A DNA stretch of 63,688 bases, filler included, from Octopus bimaculoides (GCF_001194135.2; 4 parts of 4 records of this genome joined end to end with filler, not necessarily neighbours in it), one strand, 5' to 3'; shown: positions 11,241 through 26,072, counted from the first letter of the whole stretch. Made by a program: numbers and translations. The notes: a model not told the origin generated them from the sequence alone.

Positions 11241-11778
11241 AAAGATAATAAGAGTGAAAAAACTACAGAAGGCTTGTGTTACATGGTTAAAGTATATATT
11301 TAAATTATGTCAGAAAAATGTTAGAAAAATGTTATAAAANNNNNNNNNNNNNNNNNNNNNNNNNNNNNNNNNNNNNNNNNNNNTTAATTAATTAANNNNN
11401 NNNNNNNNNNNNNNNNNNNNNNNNNNNNNNNNNNNNNNNGTGTGTGTGTGTGTGTGTGTGTGTGCGTGTGTATGTGTGTGTGTGTGTGTGTGTGTATGTG
11501 TGTGTATGTATGCATGTATGTATACATGTATGCATGTATGTATGCATGCATGATTGTACGTGTATATATATGCATGTATGTATTGTATGTACATACATAT
11601 ATGTAAATTATAAAACAATGATAGTTGCTAGAGGCAATATAAAAAACAAAAAGTGACGCTTGAATATATATATATAATTAATACTATCAAGGGTAATAAG
11701 AAATATTAGAAATTTCTACTACCAATGGGCTAGCGTGTAAAAATTCAGTCAATAGACTATATATTATTCATATAAATA

Positions 11779-12110
11779 CAGTGTACATTTAAACACATAA
11801 GAGGTATCCATCACAGGATTCCTTGCACGCTAGAAAGAACAGCTAAGTTCCAAACCACTATTAGGGATAAAACTTCGGAAGGAATGAAAAATAAAAACAT
11901 TTACCATCTAATTCCTGGACTATGGTTTCAGACTTATTTTACCATATTAAAATAATTTTGTAGGCGAAGTCTAGGAATTAGATGGTAAATGTTTTCATTT
12001 TTTATTCTCTTCGAAGTTTTATCCCTAATAATGGTTGGGAACTTAGCTGTTCTTTCTAGCGTGCAAGGAGTCCTATGAGGGATACCTCTTATGTGTTTAA
12101 ATGTGCACTG
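11779..12110. mobile_element. Fold-back MITE, Tc1/mariner-like
   Basis: About 140-bp imperfect TIRs beginning CAGTG, preceded by TA; the right flank is lost in a gap. Confidence 0.85.
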
Positions 12111-12352
12111 NNNNNNNNNNNNNNNNNNNNNNNNNNNNNNNNNNNNNNNNNNNNNNNNNNNNNNNNNNNNNNNNNNNNNNNNNNNNNNNNNNNNNNNNNN
12201 NNNNNNNNNNNNNNNNNNNNNNNNNNNNNNNNNNNNNNNNNNNNNNNNNNNNNNNNNNNNNNNNNNNNNNNNNNNNNNNNNNNNNNNNNNNNNNNNNNNN
12301 NNNNNNNNNNNNNNNNNNNNNNNNNNNNNNNNNNNNNNNNNNNNNNNNNNNN

Positions 12353-12385
<33 letters not shown>

Positions 12386-12794
12386 GGAACAAAAATGCAA
12401 TAGAGGACAATAAGACATACGGAGAGATAGACGATACAAAGGAAAAACAACAAGTAAAGGGACAGGAAAAAATGGGTCATTCGTGGCCTTCTTTCGTCAA
12501 CCAAGTTATTAGATGTCCTTGCAGGTTCGGGCACTTACAATTGAGACTGTTCGATTTGGTTGCCTCCAAAACGTCAAATGCTAAGAGCATTAGATGTTTT
12601 TTATAAGAAAGCTAGCGAATGTGTACCACAACAAAGATAAAAATATCGGAGGACATGGTACAGAATTACAAATACAAACATCAAGAATATAACTACAGCT
12701 GTCTTTCGACTGAGAATGAAACAAATTATATGTGTATGGGTATATATACGTTTATATGTATATATGTATATGCATATGTATATACATACATATA

Positions 12795-12960
12795 TACGAC
12801 GGTTTCTTTCAGTTTCCTTTAACCAAATCCAGTCACATGGATTTGGTCACCCAAAGACTGTATTAGAAAGTACTTGCCCTAGGTGCTACGCAGTGGGACT
12901 GGCTCCGGAGCCAAGTGGTTGGGAAGCAAGCTTCTTATCACAGGGCCACACTTGCACCGT
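12795..12960 (-). mobile_element. SINE family A, 5' half (diverged)
   Basis: TTTCAGTTTCC...ACTTGCC..AGGTG..ACGCAGTGGGACTG pattern as at 48630-48780. Confidence 0.7.
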
Positions 12961-14694
12961 TTAAGAACGATAAGAGCAATGACTCGATAGTTTCACATCA
13001 TATTTGTCATTCCATTTATTTTGTGCAAAAAAGATAGCGCAGCCGATTGTAATTTGTGCTTTGTAAGTACAAAACAAATATTGTAATTATATATCCGAAT
13101 GTAACGACTCTAATATGCCTAGATGTCCTCCGTGCATAAATTCTAGAAACCGTAATCGTTCTAAGCACGTTATTTTAAGTGAAGAGGAATCGGTCGCCTG
13201 TCATTCCCAAGCATATTAAATCACAAAAAACGTTCCTTACTTGGGACATGGAAATCGCCGTTAAAAGAAGAACAACATAGTGCCTTTCTCTGCTTTCATC
13301 ATCATTAATCCCATAATCCGATATGATCCAGCTAAGATAGATTGCTTTGCTTGTTATGTCAAGCCTTCTAACTTACATCTAACATTATATATATATATAC
13401 ACACACACATAAAGGGCGAGATATATAGATAGTTACATACGTAAGCACAACTGGGTCTATGTGTGAGTGTGTGCGTGCGTATGCTCGCACGTATATATGC
13501 TCTTTTATGCACACACACATACTCACGTACATACACACAAAGGCACGTATATATATATATATATATATATATATANNNNNNNNNNTATATATATATATAT
13601 ATATATATACTCATAAGAACGTAATATAGCGTTAAATGCGTCTCAAGTTGCAATATTAATGTACAATTTCTCTTTAATTAATGGGTGATTTACAGCACAT
13701 TTTCCATATAAAATGCAACACAAGTTTCATTAAGAGAAACCAATACTTGAAATTAATGGAGTATTTTACCATCTGATGAAATAAATACAGAGCCAGTGTA
13801 AAAATAGTAACAATATTATCGGCCATAAAAGTAAATGAAATGAGCAAATGCATGAATTTATTCCGTTATTTCCAATCAGATTTACTGCAAGAAATACCAA
13901 TGAAAATATAAACAACAACCATATAATAAAAGTATCTTAAACACCAGTAGCAGAACTAGCAGCAGCATTAATAGCAAAATCCAACATCGCAGCGTCAGCA
14001 ACAAAAGAAAAAAAAACATCAATGACGGGATCTCGAACAGCTGGACTATGAACATCAACGGATTACTAAAAATATGTATGTAAAGTTTTCCACTGAAGTA
14101 ACAACGCAAAAGTTTTCTTTTGCTTTGTTTTAATATGCGTAACGAGGACAGCAATGGCAGTAGAAAGGACCACGACGAGCACTAAAAACAACATCAAGAA
14201 GACTCGACTGCAGTAATATTAAGAATTACAATCAGCACAGCAATAATAAAACATCAAAAGCAACAGTCTATGCAATAGATAATGGAATGACATCACAGAT
14301 GACAATAACTAAATTACAGAGACATGTTTCCATTAACTCAGCTCACAATAAATATTGCTAATATACCACGAGAGGTGTTTCAGGTTTCTATCTAAACAGA
14401 ATTGAAGCTACTTTGAATGAAAGACAATATACGTTATTTAAACAAAAGTGTTATTTCATTTAAAGCTCATACGTTTAGATTTCAATGCATCTCAGAACGA
14501 TTTCACTATTTCACTGACTCGTTTAAGGAGGGCGATAGAGGCATTAAATCTTACTTTATAAAACAGACGCTGATCTCTGTCTGCTTGACCGTCACAGCAT
14601 CTGTGTACAGAGAGGACAGAAGAGGAGGAGAAAAGTTCTTGCTCAGAGAGATATACTGTGAGAGAAAGTAGGAGAGCGAGGGAAGACAAAGAGT

Positions 14695-14769
<75 letters not shown>

Positions 14770-15399
14770 CTCCGTGTTTTTCAACATACAGGTAACGCAT
14801 CAGAGACTTTTAAAAAGACTTTCATTTAGAACAATTTATAATGGTACGTGCACGATTAACAAATAGTTTTACTGGCAGGGAAGTGACGGATAACGACCAA
14901 AATATCATTAAATAGATGCTATGAATTGTTTCTAATGTTAATAAAACATAAATCTCTAGAATGATCTCAACGTCAAAACGGAAACACATCTTTAGTTGAT
15001 AAGCTATTATTAGTGTTCGTCAGATTTAAAAGAACAATATGTAAAACAGCAATGATAATGAAGAAGATAGAAAAAGGATAAAGAATAGAAAGGATTTACA
15101 AAATTCTTAAGAACAACTATTTTAGCCTTATACAATATAAAACTTTCGTAGTATTTACCTGTATGGTAGTGAAAATCTCGCCAATAAATTAATACTAAAA
15201 CAAAATTTAAAATGGTATACAAGAAGAACCTAGAAACAACAACAATATCAACAATGAAACAAACGCCGATGACGTAAACAACGACATCAACAACAATAAT
15301 GACGATAATAATAATAATAACAATAATAATAATGATGACAATAATAATAATAATAAGTGAAGTGAAAGCACGTTATAAAAATAAAACTACTGAATAATG

Positions 15400-15438
<39 letters not shown>

Positions 15439-15486
15439 GTGATGATAATAGTAATGATAATAATAGTGATGATGATGATGATGATA

Positions 15487-15521
<35 letters not shown>

Positions 15522-17292
15522 AAGGAGGAGGAGGAGGAGGAGGAGGAGTAGGAGGAGGAGGTGGAGGATTTCTTTTCTCACAACATGCTTAAGTAGTTCC
15601 TAACGCTTTGCAAGGCACTGATTTACTGACTCCTAATCTTTATCCACACAATGAGAAGTACCTTTCTCTCCAATCTTCCGTTTGATGTCTAAGCTGCATT
15701 TGACTATGCATGAAGCGCTCCATGTATAGTAAGGGACTTTTTTTTATTTCATTTCCCTTGTCTCATGCATTTATTTCATCTAATTCCCTATTCCATCACG
15801 GTAAGTTTTGACGGCAATCTCCTACGGTTTATCGCATTTATTAAATATCTTAAGTTTAGTTTGATCTTCAATAGAAACGTTAATCTTTACGTATATATTA
15901 TTTTCATTGTATCCTTCATTTTATTTATTCATTTATGCATATCATCGAATTCCGATATGCCGAGATACTTGCATCTATTGTTATCAGGGCGTAAAAAGTC
16001 CATTCTTCCGATAAGGTTATTCCATTAAAATGAGCTTGTCTCGCTTCATGAGTAAAGACGCACATGTACACATATGCTTTACGTACACCATTACTAGTGC
16101 ACCTGAAGATCCTCCGCCTCAGAAATACAGTATAGAGATCCTCCAGGTAATATATCAACGTAAACTCTTATAAACACCGTCTACAGTTGTCAGTTTTATC
16201 GCTATCAATTACTAAATCATTTTTACTTTCATCAGTTCCAGCAAACATCTATCACTCTGGCGGCAGGTCCCTTTTTCCTGGTGTAGATTAGGCCCCTTTG
16301 ATATTATTGCTCTTGAAATTATTTTGATCGTAAGGCACGCCTTCGCAAACAGTTTTTCTTTTTGCGCCAGTTTTTGCAATTAGTTTGGGTTTACTGTTTA
16401 TTTAGTTTGTGGAAGTAGTAGTGACTGTTATCCATTTTGTTGTTTTCATTGACTCTATCAGTATCCATTTCAGTTCTTTAAAGGCAACTTTTGTGTTTCT
16501 GCTACATACATTGAATACACTTCTTGAATGTTATCATAACTTTCTCTTTCCAAATCATTTCTGCTGTAACACAAAGTGGTGTACTTCTCTTAATATTCTC
16601 AAACAAAATGATTTTGTTGTCACTATTTCCTTTGTTATTGTTGCTCTTCTTTTTCTTCTTCTTTTTCTTCTTCTTCTTCTTCTTCTTCTTCTTCTTCTTC
16701 TTCTTCTTCTTCTTCTTCTTCTTCTTCTTCTTCATCATCATCATCATCATTATTATTATCAACATCATTTATTATTATTATTATTATCAGTGTCATTATC
16801 ATTAGTTTTATACCCATCATTACTACCCCCCTGACAGGGGTACAATAATCACATGCATCACAACCATATGTGCACAACATGGTGCTCTAATACCAAGATA
16901 AACAGCGCACGTCCTTGCAGGTGGGGACCCATTTAGAATTTGCTTCAGGTCGAGTATCCCTTCATACTCAAAAGGTCACTAAGTTAGAGTTGTTTAAGGA
17001 CGTTCAACGAAACATCCATGTTTCCAGTGGTGAATTATTCAAACTATAACGAATTCCTCTTAAAACATGGCTACGATGCTCCCCAACTACTCCTGCTCGT
17101 GATGAGACATACACATCTTGTCAGCCACTAAGGAGCATCCTCAACTGGTTAAGGTTAAGCAAATGACTAGCAAATCTGTAGTATTGAGCAGAATATTTGC
17201 TGTAGCCATCTTGTATACCAAGACAAAACATGTACATAATAACACTTGTAATCAGAAGCCATGAGAGCCAATGCCTGGTATTGCATCAGCTC

Positions 17293-17364
<72 letters not shown>

Positions 17365-17560
17365 TTAAGGTGGCGAGCTGGCTAAATGCTTAGTGGTATT
17401 GCGTCCGTTTACACGTTGGGCATTCAAATGCCACCGGGGTCGACTTTGCCTTTTATCCTTGCGGGAGCCGATAAAATAAGTACAAGTTGAACACTGGTGT
17501 CGAGGCAATCGACTTAACCCCTCTCCAAACTAGCTGGCCTTATGCCAAAATTTGAAATTA
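17365..17560 (+). mobile_element. SINE family D with an (ATT)n tail
   Basis: GGCGAGCTGGC head, GTCGACTTTGCCTTT core, GCCAAAATTTGAAA end. Confidence 0.85.
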
Positions 17561-17571
17561 TTATTATTATT

Positions 17572-18487
17572 GTTTCTCTTTATCACAGGTTTCGTTGGAG
17601 CTCCTGGAGTCTTGAATGCGTAGCGGGCTGGATACCTGCAGCTTACGGTACCATGCTATCCGTTCTTTTCCGCTATCTAATACTTACCTGACTATTCTGG
17701 CCGTGCTATGGAGGCAAAACATTTGTAACAGTTCTACTGGGCACTCTATTCCAATTTTCTTCATTTCCTTTTGATGCCTTCTGTTACTGTTCCCAAAGAC
17801 CCGAGAATAATTGACACTATCTTCACTTCATTTTCCAAAGCCGAGCTATTTCGTACTTGGGCGGGTTGTATTTATCTATCTTTTCACCTCCTTGACTATT
17901 CGTAGATGAAAGGGGCATACAGCATTAACTATATAGCATATATGGTGCACCTTATTCACCACCATTAGGTCCGGTCTGGTATTCTCTAGCACCTGATCTA
18001 TTTGGATTGGGAAATCCCAGAAATTGTTGCAAGTCTCCGACACCACCACTCTCTGTGGTTTGTGCTCATACCACGCCTTGCCTCTCTCTAGCTCCCACTT
18101 TTCGCACAATTTCCAATGTAACACTATCGCTACCGAATCGTGTCGCCACAACTTGTTCGTGATACGGGCAATGATTCCATCCGCTCTATTACAGAAGCAG
18201 CACAGCTGAGATACTTGCTCATTCCTCAGGTTGATCTTCTAGTTCGTGGCCAAAGCTTCGACTTGCGCTACTAGTTGTGTAGTCTCTTTTTTCAGTGTTC
18301 GTTTCATCAGCCAATCTCACCTAATGTTCCAGCAACTTCTATTGTGGATAAATGGACTTGATTGTGTAGTTCCATCTTGTGTAATCCTTCTTGATGTCTT
18401 TTGTGTACTTCTGAAATATTTATACCACTGTCCATTCTTGACTGCTTTCATTGTTTGCCTATTTGGCATTTCAATTCCTTGGCTCCT
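17572..18487 (-). mobile_element. 5'-truncated R4/Dong-like non-LTR retrotransposon (restriction-like endonuclease), decayed
   Basis: WLMKRTLKKET..LVAQ, decayed zinc knuckle CCFC, RHDSVAIVLHWKLCEK, WYEHKP, FWDFPIQ, RPDLMVV, KYxxxKYEIARLW, IILGSLG. Flanked by (ATT)n on both sides. Confidence 0.85.
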
Positions 18488-18516
18488 TTATTATTATTAT
18501 TATTATTATTATTATG

Positions 18517-18585
<69 letters not shown>

Positions 18586-20439
18586 GATTGCTCAGCTGGT
18601 ACTTATTTTATCGACCTCTGAAGGATGAAAAGCAAAGTCGACTTCGGCGGAATTTGAACTCACATAATAATAATAATGATCATAACTTACGAAGATTAAC
18701 GTATCTCGTCACGAAGGTAAATAAACAATATGCACGAGAACAAATATATTTTTGAATTTGTAATGACACGCCCCGGAGGAATTAATAAAACGACAGGTAA
18801 ATTTAATCACATTTACACGAAGCTTTTTCACTAAGTGCTTTCTTCCCTGTTTTCTATTCCTTTCTCGAACACAATGAGAAAGTTATATGCTTTGAACAAA
18901 TAGAATTCAGTGACACAGGGATGCCTCAGAAAATCACCCTCACTCATGAAAGACTTAATATTGGAGACAGTGAGATGGTTAATTGGGAGGCCGTCACCCG
19001 TGAACTAGCTCAGAGATTTGTTTCAAGCGACTGACTACGTAGTAAATGAACTCTGCGTGGTGGGTGGGGGTGTCCACGCGCGTTCGTGTGTGTGTTTGTG
19101 CACTGGCACCAATTAGTATCTTGTTTTGGCGTGTTTCCGTCACCGTAATATAGCGGTTCTGGAAATGAGAAGGATAAGATACGCCCTAAGCTTAAAAAAA
19201 ACATTCTGAGAGTGATTCGTTCTAGTGAAATTCTTCAAGGCGGTGCCCCAACATGGTCGCGGTCTAAAGACTGAAAGCAGAAACAAATAAAAGATAAAAG
19301 GATCACGAGGAACAAAGGATTATTTGCTTACAGGTAATTTTATAGAAATATTGGAAAATGTTGAGAAACCTGTCAATGAACTGGATTGTTTAAAAGTAGG
19401 TAAATAACACGTTTCCTCTCTTGTGGATTTCATTTATTTCTCATTTAAGTACAAGGCTAGAATTGAAAAGGGCCTTTAACTGATTACATCGACCCCTGTA
19501 CTCTACTCACACTTTACCGACCTGGAAATTATGAGTGGCAAAGTTGACATCAGCCAAAATTGAACTCAGAACATAAAATGCCGAAAAAAATAAGGTGTAG
19601 TAATTTTGGTCCAGTGATCTAAAGATTCCGTTGAATGTGTTTTGAAACTAAAAGAAGATATAGAACCACATGTAAATAGAATCGCTTACAATAACTAAGT
19701 GAAAGGTTGGCAATATAATCCGCTTCATAGGAAACATAATATTCCGCAAAAGAAAGAAATATATACACAAGAGACAGCCACACAATGACCAAGACCTTAA
19801 CAAGTGAAAATATTAACACACAAGGCACTGAATCGAATCACACACAGACAGAAAAAAGAGCAAATAACAAAAGAGTTGATGAAGGTAAAAAAATAACCTC
19901 ATTTAAACACGCAACAAAATATATTGCCTCAGCAAAACTGTTTTTGCAAACCCACTCCTGACAACAATGATAATATAAATACACATCAAAATAGAGCAAC
20001 AACTGTTAACAGTGATGAGAATCTAACACGAACAATAAATAAAACAGAAAAGAACGTTAGAAAATCAATGAAAACGAATCAACGTAAACACCTGCCCAAT
20101 CCACAAGTGAACAAGAAGAGCCGGAAAGAATGACTAAACAAATCAAACTCATATGAGGGAGAATATAATGAATACTATAGAGGAGTCAGGGTAATATAAA
20201 AAAACTCAACTCGGTGCTAGAAATAAGAGGTATGAGTACGACACGCTTTCGAGCTATAAACGACAAATTGATCTTTAAAAACTGGAAGATATATACGCCG
20301 ATGGGGTTAGACAAACATGGAACAAAAAGCAGCGTTTCATAGAGAATACTTATAACTCTTATAGTCTATAGTCTATACTATTAACAACTAATAAAATAAC
20401 ATAAAAGTCAATCCAATATAACATGCTCTCAATATTCTT

Positions 20440-20880
20440 TTCTACTCTAGGCACAAAGCCTGAAATTTATGGGGAGGGGGCCTGGCGGTTAGATCGACCC
20501 AGGGAAAAACAGGTACTTAATTTATCGACTCCGAAAAGCAAAGTCGACCTCGGCGGAATTTGAATTCAGAACGTAAAGACAGGCAAAATACAGCTAAGCA
20601 TTTCGCCTGGCGTGATAACGTTTCTGCTAGCTCGCCGCTTTAACATGTTTCCAATATAACAATCCCAACAAAAGTGGTGAGTTGGTAGAATCATTATTGT
20701 GTTGTGTAAAATTCTTTGCGGCATTTCAATCGTCTATATGTTCCGAGTTCAAATTCCACGGAAGTCGACTCTACCTGTCATCAGTTAGAGTCAATAAAAT
20801 AAGTACCAGTCACACACTGAGATCGATGTAATCAACTTACTCCTCCACCGAACTTGTTGGCCTTGTGCCAAAATTGTAAT
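20440..20880. mobile_element. Two SINE family D copies in opposite orientation
   Basis: Core on the minus strand at 20520-20570 and on the plus strand at 20745-20810. Confidence 0.8.
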
Positions 20881-21429
20881 CTAGTATTACAAACGCAATT
20901 TCCACTGTACAGAACAGCGGTCCATTTACTATACAAAAACTACGATACATATTCTTTACTAAAATCGGACACGAAAACACATATCACCAACCACACAACA
21001 CCAAAAAAGCAGAAACACCCACTAAGATAATTGATTAGTACAACCCATTCCCGACACAGAAAAGTGATAGAACATTTGAATAACGTCATATAAACAAAGC
21101 AAACCCAAAGGCTAAAAAAAGAAACTGAAGAATTGTCCATAGTAAATTTAGACATATCCAAAATAGTGTAAATATGGCAATTTCAAAGAAAGTACTGAAT
21201 TATGCAAAATGCTAACATTAATATATGTAAATTAGCGAAAATTGAGTATATAAATTTAGTGTAGATACTGAAATCCAAGAATTGGAGAAGAAACATCTAT
21301 ACAATTAATTACGAATAGATAAATAGATAAACAATTAATTACGAATAGATACAATTAATTACGAAGAGATAATCAGCACAGAAATGTCGGAGTATTTTAG
21401 AAAAACATTTTACGGAAGAAACGGGTTCA

Positions 21430-21660
21430 TATAGAATGAGTTCAATACTAGAAAGAATCTCACATGTACGAAAATGAAAAGCATCCGAGGAAAACATCAA
21501 CGAAGTGGTGAAACGTCTGTCGAAAAGTAAATATAGAAAGAATATTCATAGTTGGCTAGAAGGACGTTGATTCATACAAATAATGAAGTACCACGAAATA
21601 AACTAAGATTGAAACTAGAACTCAAAAAAGAATGAAACACCGCAATGTATTTTGCCCTAC
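21430..21660 (+). pseudogene. Possible highly decayed LINE RT relic
   Basis: Interrupted reading SILERI...GR*FIQIMKYHE...SKKN...AMYFA loosely resembles the RT region before DFxKAFD; many stops. Confidence 0.25.
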
Positions 21661-21689
21661 TTGCTAACGATTATGCCAACTCGCCACCT

Positions 21690-21920
21690 TAATGCTATTA
21701 ACTAATATTGATTTCAAATTTTGGCATAAGACCAGCAATTTAGCGGAACTAGGTTAGTCGATTAAATCGACCCCATTTTTCAAACTAATACTTATTTTAG
21801 GGACCCCCAAAGGATGAAATGCAAATACGACCACCGTGGAATTTGAACTCAAAACGGGAAGACAAACGAAATGTCGCTCTGTATTTTGCCTGGCGTGATA
21901 ACAACTCTGTCAACCGCCGC
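21690..21920 (-). mobile_element. SINE family D (diverged)
   Basis: CCCCAAAGGATGAAA.GCAAA...GGAATTTGAACTC on the plus strand. Confidence 0.75.
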
Positions 21921-22659
21921 CTGAATGTTACAACTAATATTAATATTAATGATGCAACACTAACACTAAAAGAATAATATTTACCTGTAACACAGTACAA
22001 TATAAAAAGTAAAGCCTAATTACACTGCAGAAAAATGTTTAGTAGAGAACTAAACAATGGAAGTGTTAAAGAAAATCAATAGATAAAATCAAAACGAAAG
22101 ATAACAAAAATCATAAAATATAGAGAAAAGTTCCTCCAAGCCCCTCCTGCATCACTGATCAGAAAGGAAGTGAGCCAATATAGAAGCCAACAATGCTAAT
22201 TAAACTCTGAAATAAGTACAGATCTGATATTAGTTGCACAAGACAAATTCCTATGCCACAAATAAAATATTAAAATAAGAAGCTAATATCAGTTTTATAT
22301 ACACAATCAATATAACGACATAAATCAACCACAATTTTTTCCGGTGTCCTTGTCTTTGCAAAAAAAAAGTAAGTAAATACATTTTATAATAAACAGATAC
22401 TACCAGACCAAAGCCGAAAATGAATTTTAGAGGATACACCAATTCTTATATTTGATAATTTTGTTTTCTACCTGGCGGCAAACAAGGTTGAAACCATCTT
22501 CAGGCACACGATATTCACATTAATAATTATACTATTTTAACGAACATGGTTGCAAGTCATGGATTATATGAGATTTTAATTGAAATGGAAGAGCAACTGA
22601 TGTTATTATTTAGGATTCTAGATTAACAAAGCTACCAACAAGAGCAGTAGTACATTTTA

Positions 22660-22880
22660 TCTTTTATTTACTACTCGTTTTAGTCATTAGACTGAGGCCA
22701 TGCTGAGGCATCACCTTGAAGAGTTTTTAGCTGAATGAATCTACTTCTGTACATTTTTTATGCCTGGTACATATCCTATTGGTCTCTGAACCGTTAAGTT
22801 ACGGAGACGTGAACACAACAAAACCAACCAGTTTTCAAGCGGCAGGAGGGACAACCACAGGCAGACAGACATACATACAC
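22660..22880 (-). mobile_element. SINE family A, 3' half (diverged)
   Basis: GTCATTAGACTG.GGCCATGCTG.GGCA.CACC...AACCGTTAAGTTACGG.GACGT. Confidence 0.75.
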
Positions 22881-23334
22881 ACACGCCTTTAATACTTGCA
22901 ACATTGAGCATGGTAAAAAAAACATATAACTGGATATAAAAAGCTATACCTGGATTCTTAACAGTACACACCTTTTTTAAAAAATAGCCGTACTAGGAAG
23001 AGCCTACATCCTACAAAAGACACTATCAATACAAAAATGCATCCTAAGCAAAACAACTCATAAACACAAGACACTCTATACATCATTTACCAAGTGAAAT
23101 AAATTTCCACCAGCAATCTATATAACCAATGCATTACACACTCAACACACAATACAGTCAGTAACACAACAAAAGACTGCACCACACCTTAAGAGAAAGA
23201 AAAACTGAAACAATACAGTACCAGGTAAAGTTTGCACACATTCCAGCAACATGGATGTGTAGCAAGTGATACAGTAGAAATTTGTCTCAACTTACCAAAT
23301 GCTGAACAGCTGTATAGTAGTAGTAGTAGTAGTA

Positions 23335-23383
<49 letters not shown>

Positions 23384-23448
23384 TAGTTTGTATAAAGGAC
23401 TGGTAACTCAGCAGAAATGTAACAGATAAAGAGGTGAGTTCTTAGCTA

Positions 23449-23721
23449 TTGTATACGATTGCCACAATCCATCACTAAGGTAAACATAGCTGACATAATC
23501 CATCACCACGGCCAACTTAATAACAAAAAGCGCAACTCGAAAGTAACTTATTTATTTTATTTTGAACCTGTTGAAGGTGTGCGAGATGCCGAAATATTGT
23601 TGTTCAAAGCACCAATAAATAAGTTACTTTCAAGTTGCACTTTTTGTCATTAAGTTGGCCGTGGTGATGGATTACGTCAGCTATGTTTACCTTAGTGATG
23701 GATTGTGGCAATCGTATACAA
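23449..23721. mobile_element. Fold-back element/MITE with about 100-bp near-perfect arms
   Basis: TTGTATACGATTGCCACAATCCATCACTAAGG... is mirrored by ...CCTTAGTGATGGATTGTGGCAATCGTATACAA. Confidence 0.85.
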
Positions 23722-23745
23722 AAGTTAAGAACTCACCTCTCTATC

Positions 23746-23781
<36 letters not shown>

Positions 23782-24975
23782 TAATAACAATAAAGTCACA
23801 TGGATGATGCAGTGATGTGATGTTCAGGCAAATAAACATATTGTGAAAATAAATGACCTCAAATTGTTTGCTGCAAATGAAAAAACCTAGGAACTCTGCT
23901 GCAGAAAGTACTGCATCTGAAAACTTTATAAACTTCACACCAGAAACAATGCACCAAGCTTTGTTTAAAAATCAGAATTTTAAGATCTCTATTATCGTAC
24001 TTGATAAACTGCGATAAGAGAAATACACCAAATACGCACTTACAATTATTGAGGAATTTGTCGCTTATAGTTGATGGATAAAATATCATACCGTGACTGT
24101 GTATTCGTGCTTTTTCAAAGTACTACACTTATGCTTCTTTTTTATGTTTACTACAGGTGTTCTAGTTAGTTTTGTCGTATAAACGTGTGCATCTGCGTGT
24201 GAGTCCGTTTATGTGTAGTTTTGCTTTATTGTGTAGAGACTCTTGGAAAATGTCATTACGTCCTTCTCATATCAATTTACTTTGCTTATTTAAATCTTGG
24301 CGATGCCAATGAATAAGGAGATTAGGTACATCTGCATATTATTTCAAAAATATGAAGATTACGAATTATCGTATTCGTTGAAATTGTCTTGAATATACAT
24401 TCAGTAAAACATTCATAACCAAACGATTTATCCATCGGATGAATTACAGTGGGACTATTTACCCTATGTAATCTTAGACGCTCCTTCCAACTCGATGAGG
24501 TTAGTTTGAACACGCATTATAACTAAATGCTCGTACAGTACCCATCTGGATAGCTTGTCCATATCAACTCATGAAATATAGCTATGTTGTTACGTTTGGA
24601 GATGGTCATTTTGCCTAATAAACATACACACTATTTATTTCATCTTCACTTTAGATTCATTATCATTTGTTATTGCTTATTTGCCACGTATCTTTCGTGA
24701 AACATTTTTTGACCTCTTCGATATCAGCCTTTTTTTCCCGTCACCCTTCTCTCTGATCTTGTCTTATCTATCCCATCTAATCTTCCCGACAATTAAACAA
24801 TAACTAACGATAATAAAGCTAAAGTCAAAATATATATTTCTTTCTTTATCTAATAAATGAATATTGCGTGTATTTATTGGTAAAATGACCAGCCAGAAAT
24901 ATAAGAATATCTGATTGTACACAGCAGATTGTACACATATACAGCAAGGAACTTGCAAAACAAATACATAATTGT

Positions 24976-25021
<46 letters not shown>

Positions 25022-25074
25022 TGTGTGTGCGTGTGTGTGCGTGCGTGCGCGCGCGTATGTATGAATGTATGTCA

Positions 25075-25880
25075 TTCAGTTTATTTCAAGAATTCTTGCC
25101 AACAGTGACAGAACTGGTTTCTAACCTAGATCCAAGATTCCTTGGAATTTCAGCATCAGCAACAAGGTATTTTTGTTTGTTTGTTTGTATGTATGTATGT
25201 ACGTATGTATGTATGTATGTATGTATGTATGTATGTATGTATGTATGTAGGTATGTGTGTATGTATGTGCAGATTTGTATACCTTATGTATGTATTTTCA
25301 TGCACGTAGTTACATATCAAGACTTGCTCATATATATTTAAATGATAAAGTTCTGGAAAGTTTTACAGATTTTTACAGTTCCAGTGATGGTTTGGATCTG
25401 TAGTCTGCGAATTAGCTTTCTCCTTTCTGGTTTTGAGAAGATTAATTTCTCAAGACTGATATGTAGGCAGTGTGTTAAATATCCCAGGGCCCCCAATAAT
25501 TACAAGTATAAACCTGAACTTGTAATCCGGATAGAGTAACTGCAGATTTTTCAATATTTCAGCATAGGTCTTCTCTTTCTCACTGATTTTCAGCTTTATG
25601 TTAACATCCGCTGGGCAGGTAATTTCCACAACTGTGCACAGTTTTTATTCTCTATACCAAATCATTATATCAGATCTGTTTTGCGTAGATTTTATTGAGG
25701 TCTTCACTAGTACATTCCACCAGTATTCCATTTCATTATGAGTGGCTATGGCTTCTACCATATTCTGAGATTATGATTATTAGTCCACGGGACTATCCTT
25801 CCAACGGATCTTATTATAGAGTCCTCTAGCTACAACGTCATGTCTCATCGGTAGATAATACCGTGTTGATATTTTCGGAC
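25075..25880 (-). mobile_element. 5'-truncated R4/Dong-like LINE of a second family, with RLE domain and 3' UTR
   Basis: IISSCPK..RYYLPMRHDVVA, EYWWNV, NRSDIMIW, TVVEITCPAD, EKEKTYAE, VIIG/ALG, GTVKICKTF; the 3' UTR is shared with 1525-1680. Confidence 0.85.
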
Positions 25881-25980
25881 AACTGCTTATGATGTAGGTG
25901 ATACCTTATATATATATATATATATATATACATATACATATGTGTGTATATATATATTTATAATTGTATATACATGTATA

Positions 25981-26072
<92 letters not shown>

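Noticed and set aside
11384-11395. TTAATTAATTAA islands between N runs (also 40079-40090 and 61696-61707)
   Set aside because: An identical 12-mer isolated inside gaps is most simply an assembly or scaffolding linker, not biology.
18808-19035. Open frame of about 75 codons (..HERLNIGDSEMVNWEAVTRELAQRF..)
   Set aside because: No start codon, no good acceptor and no recognisable homology.
22470-22515. Minus-strand CUGAAGA with a GGU/ACC hairpin
   Set aside because: No GAAA follows.
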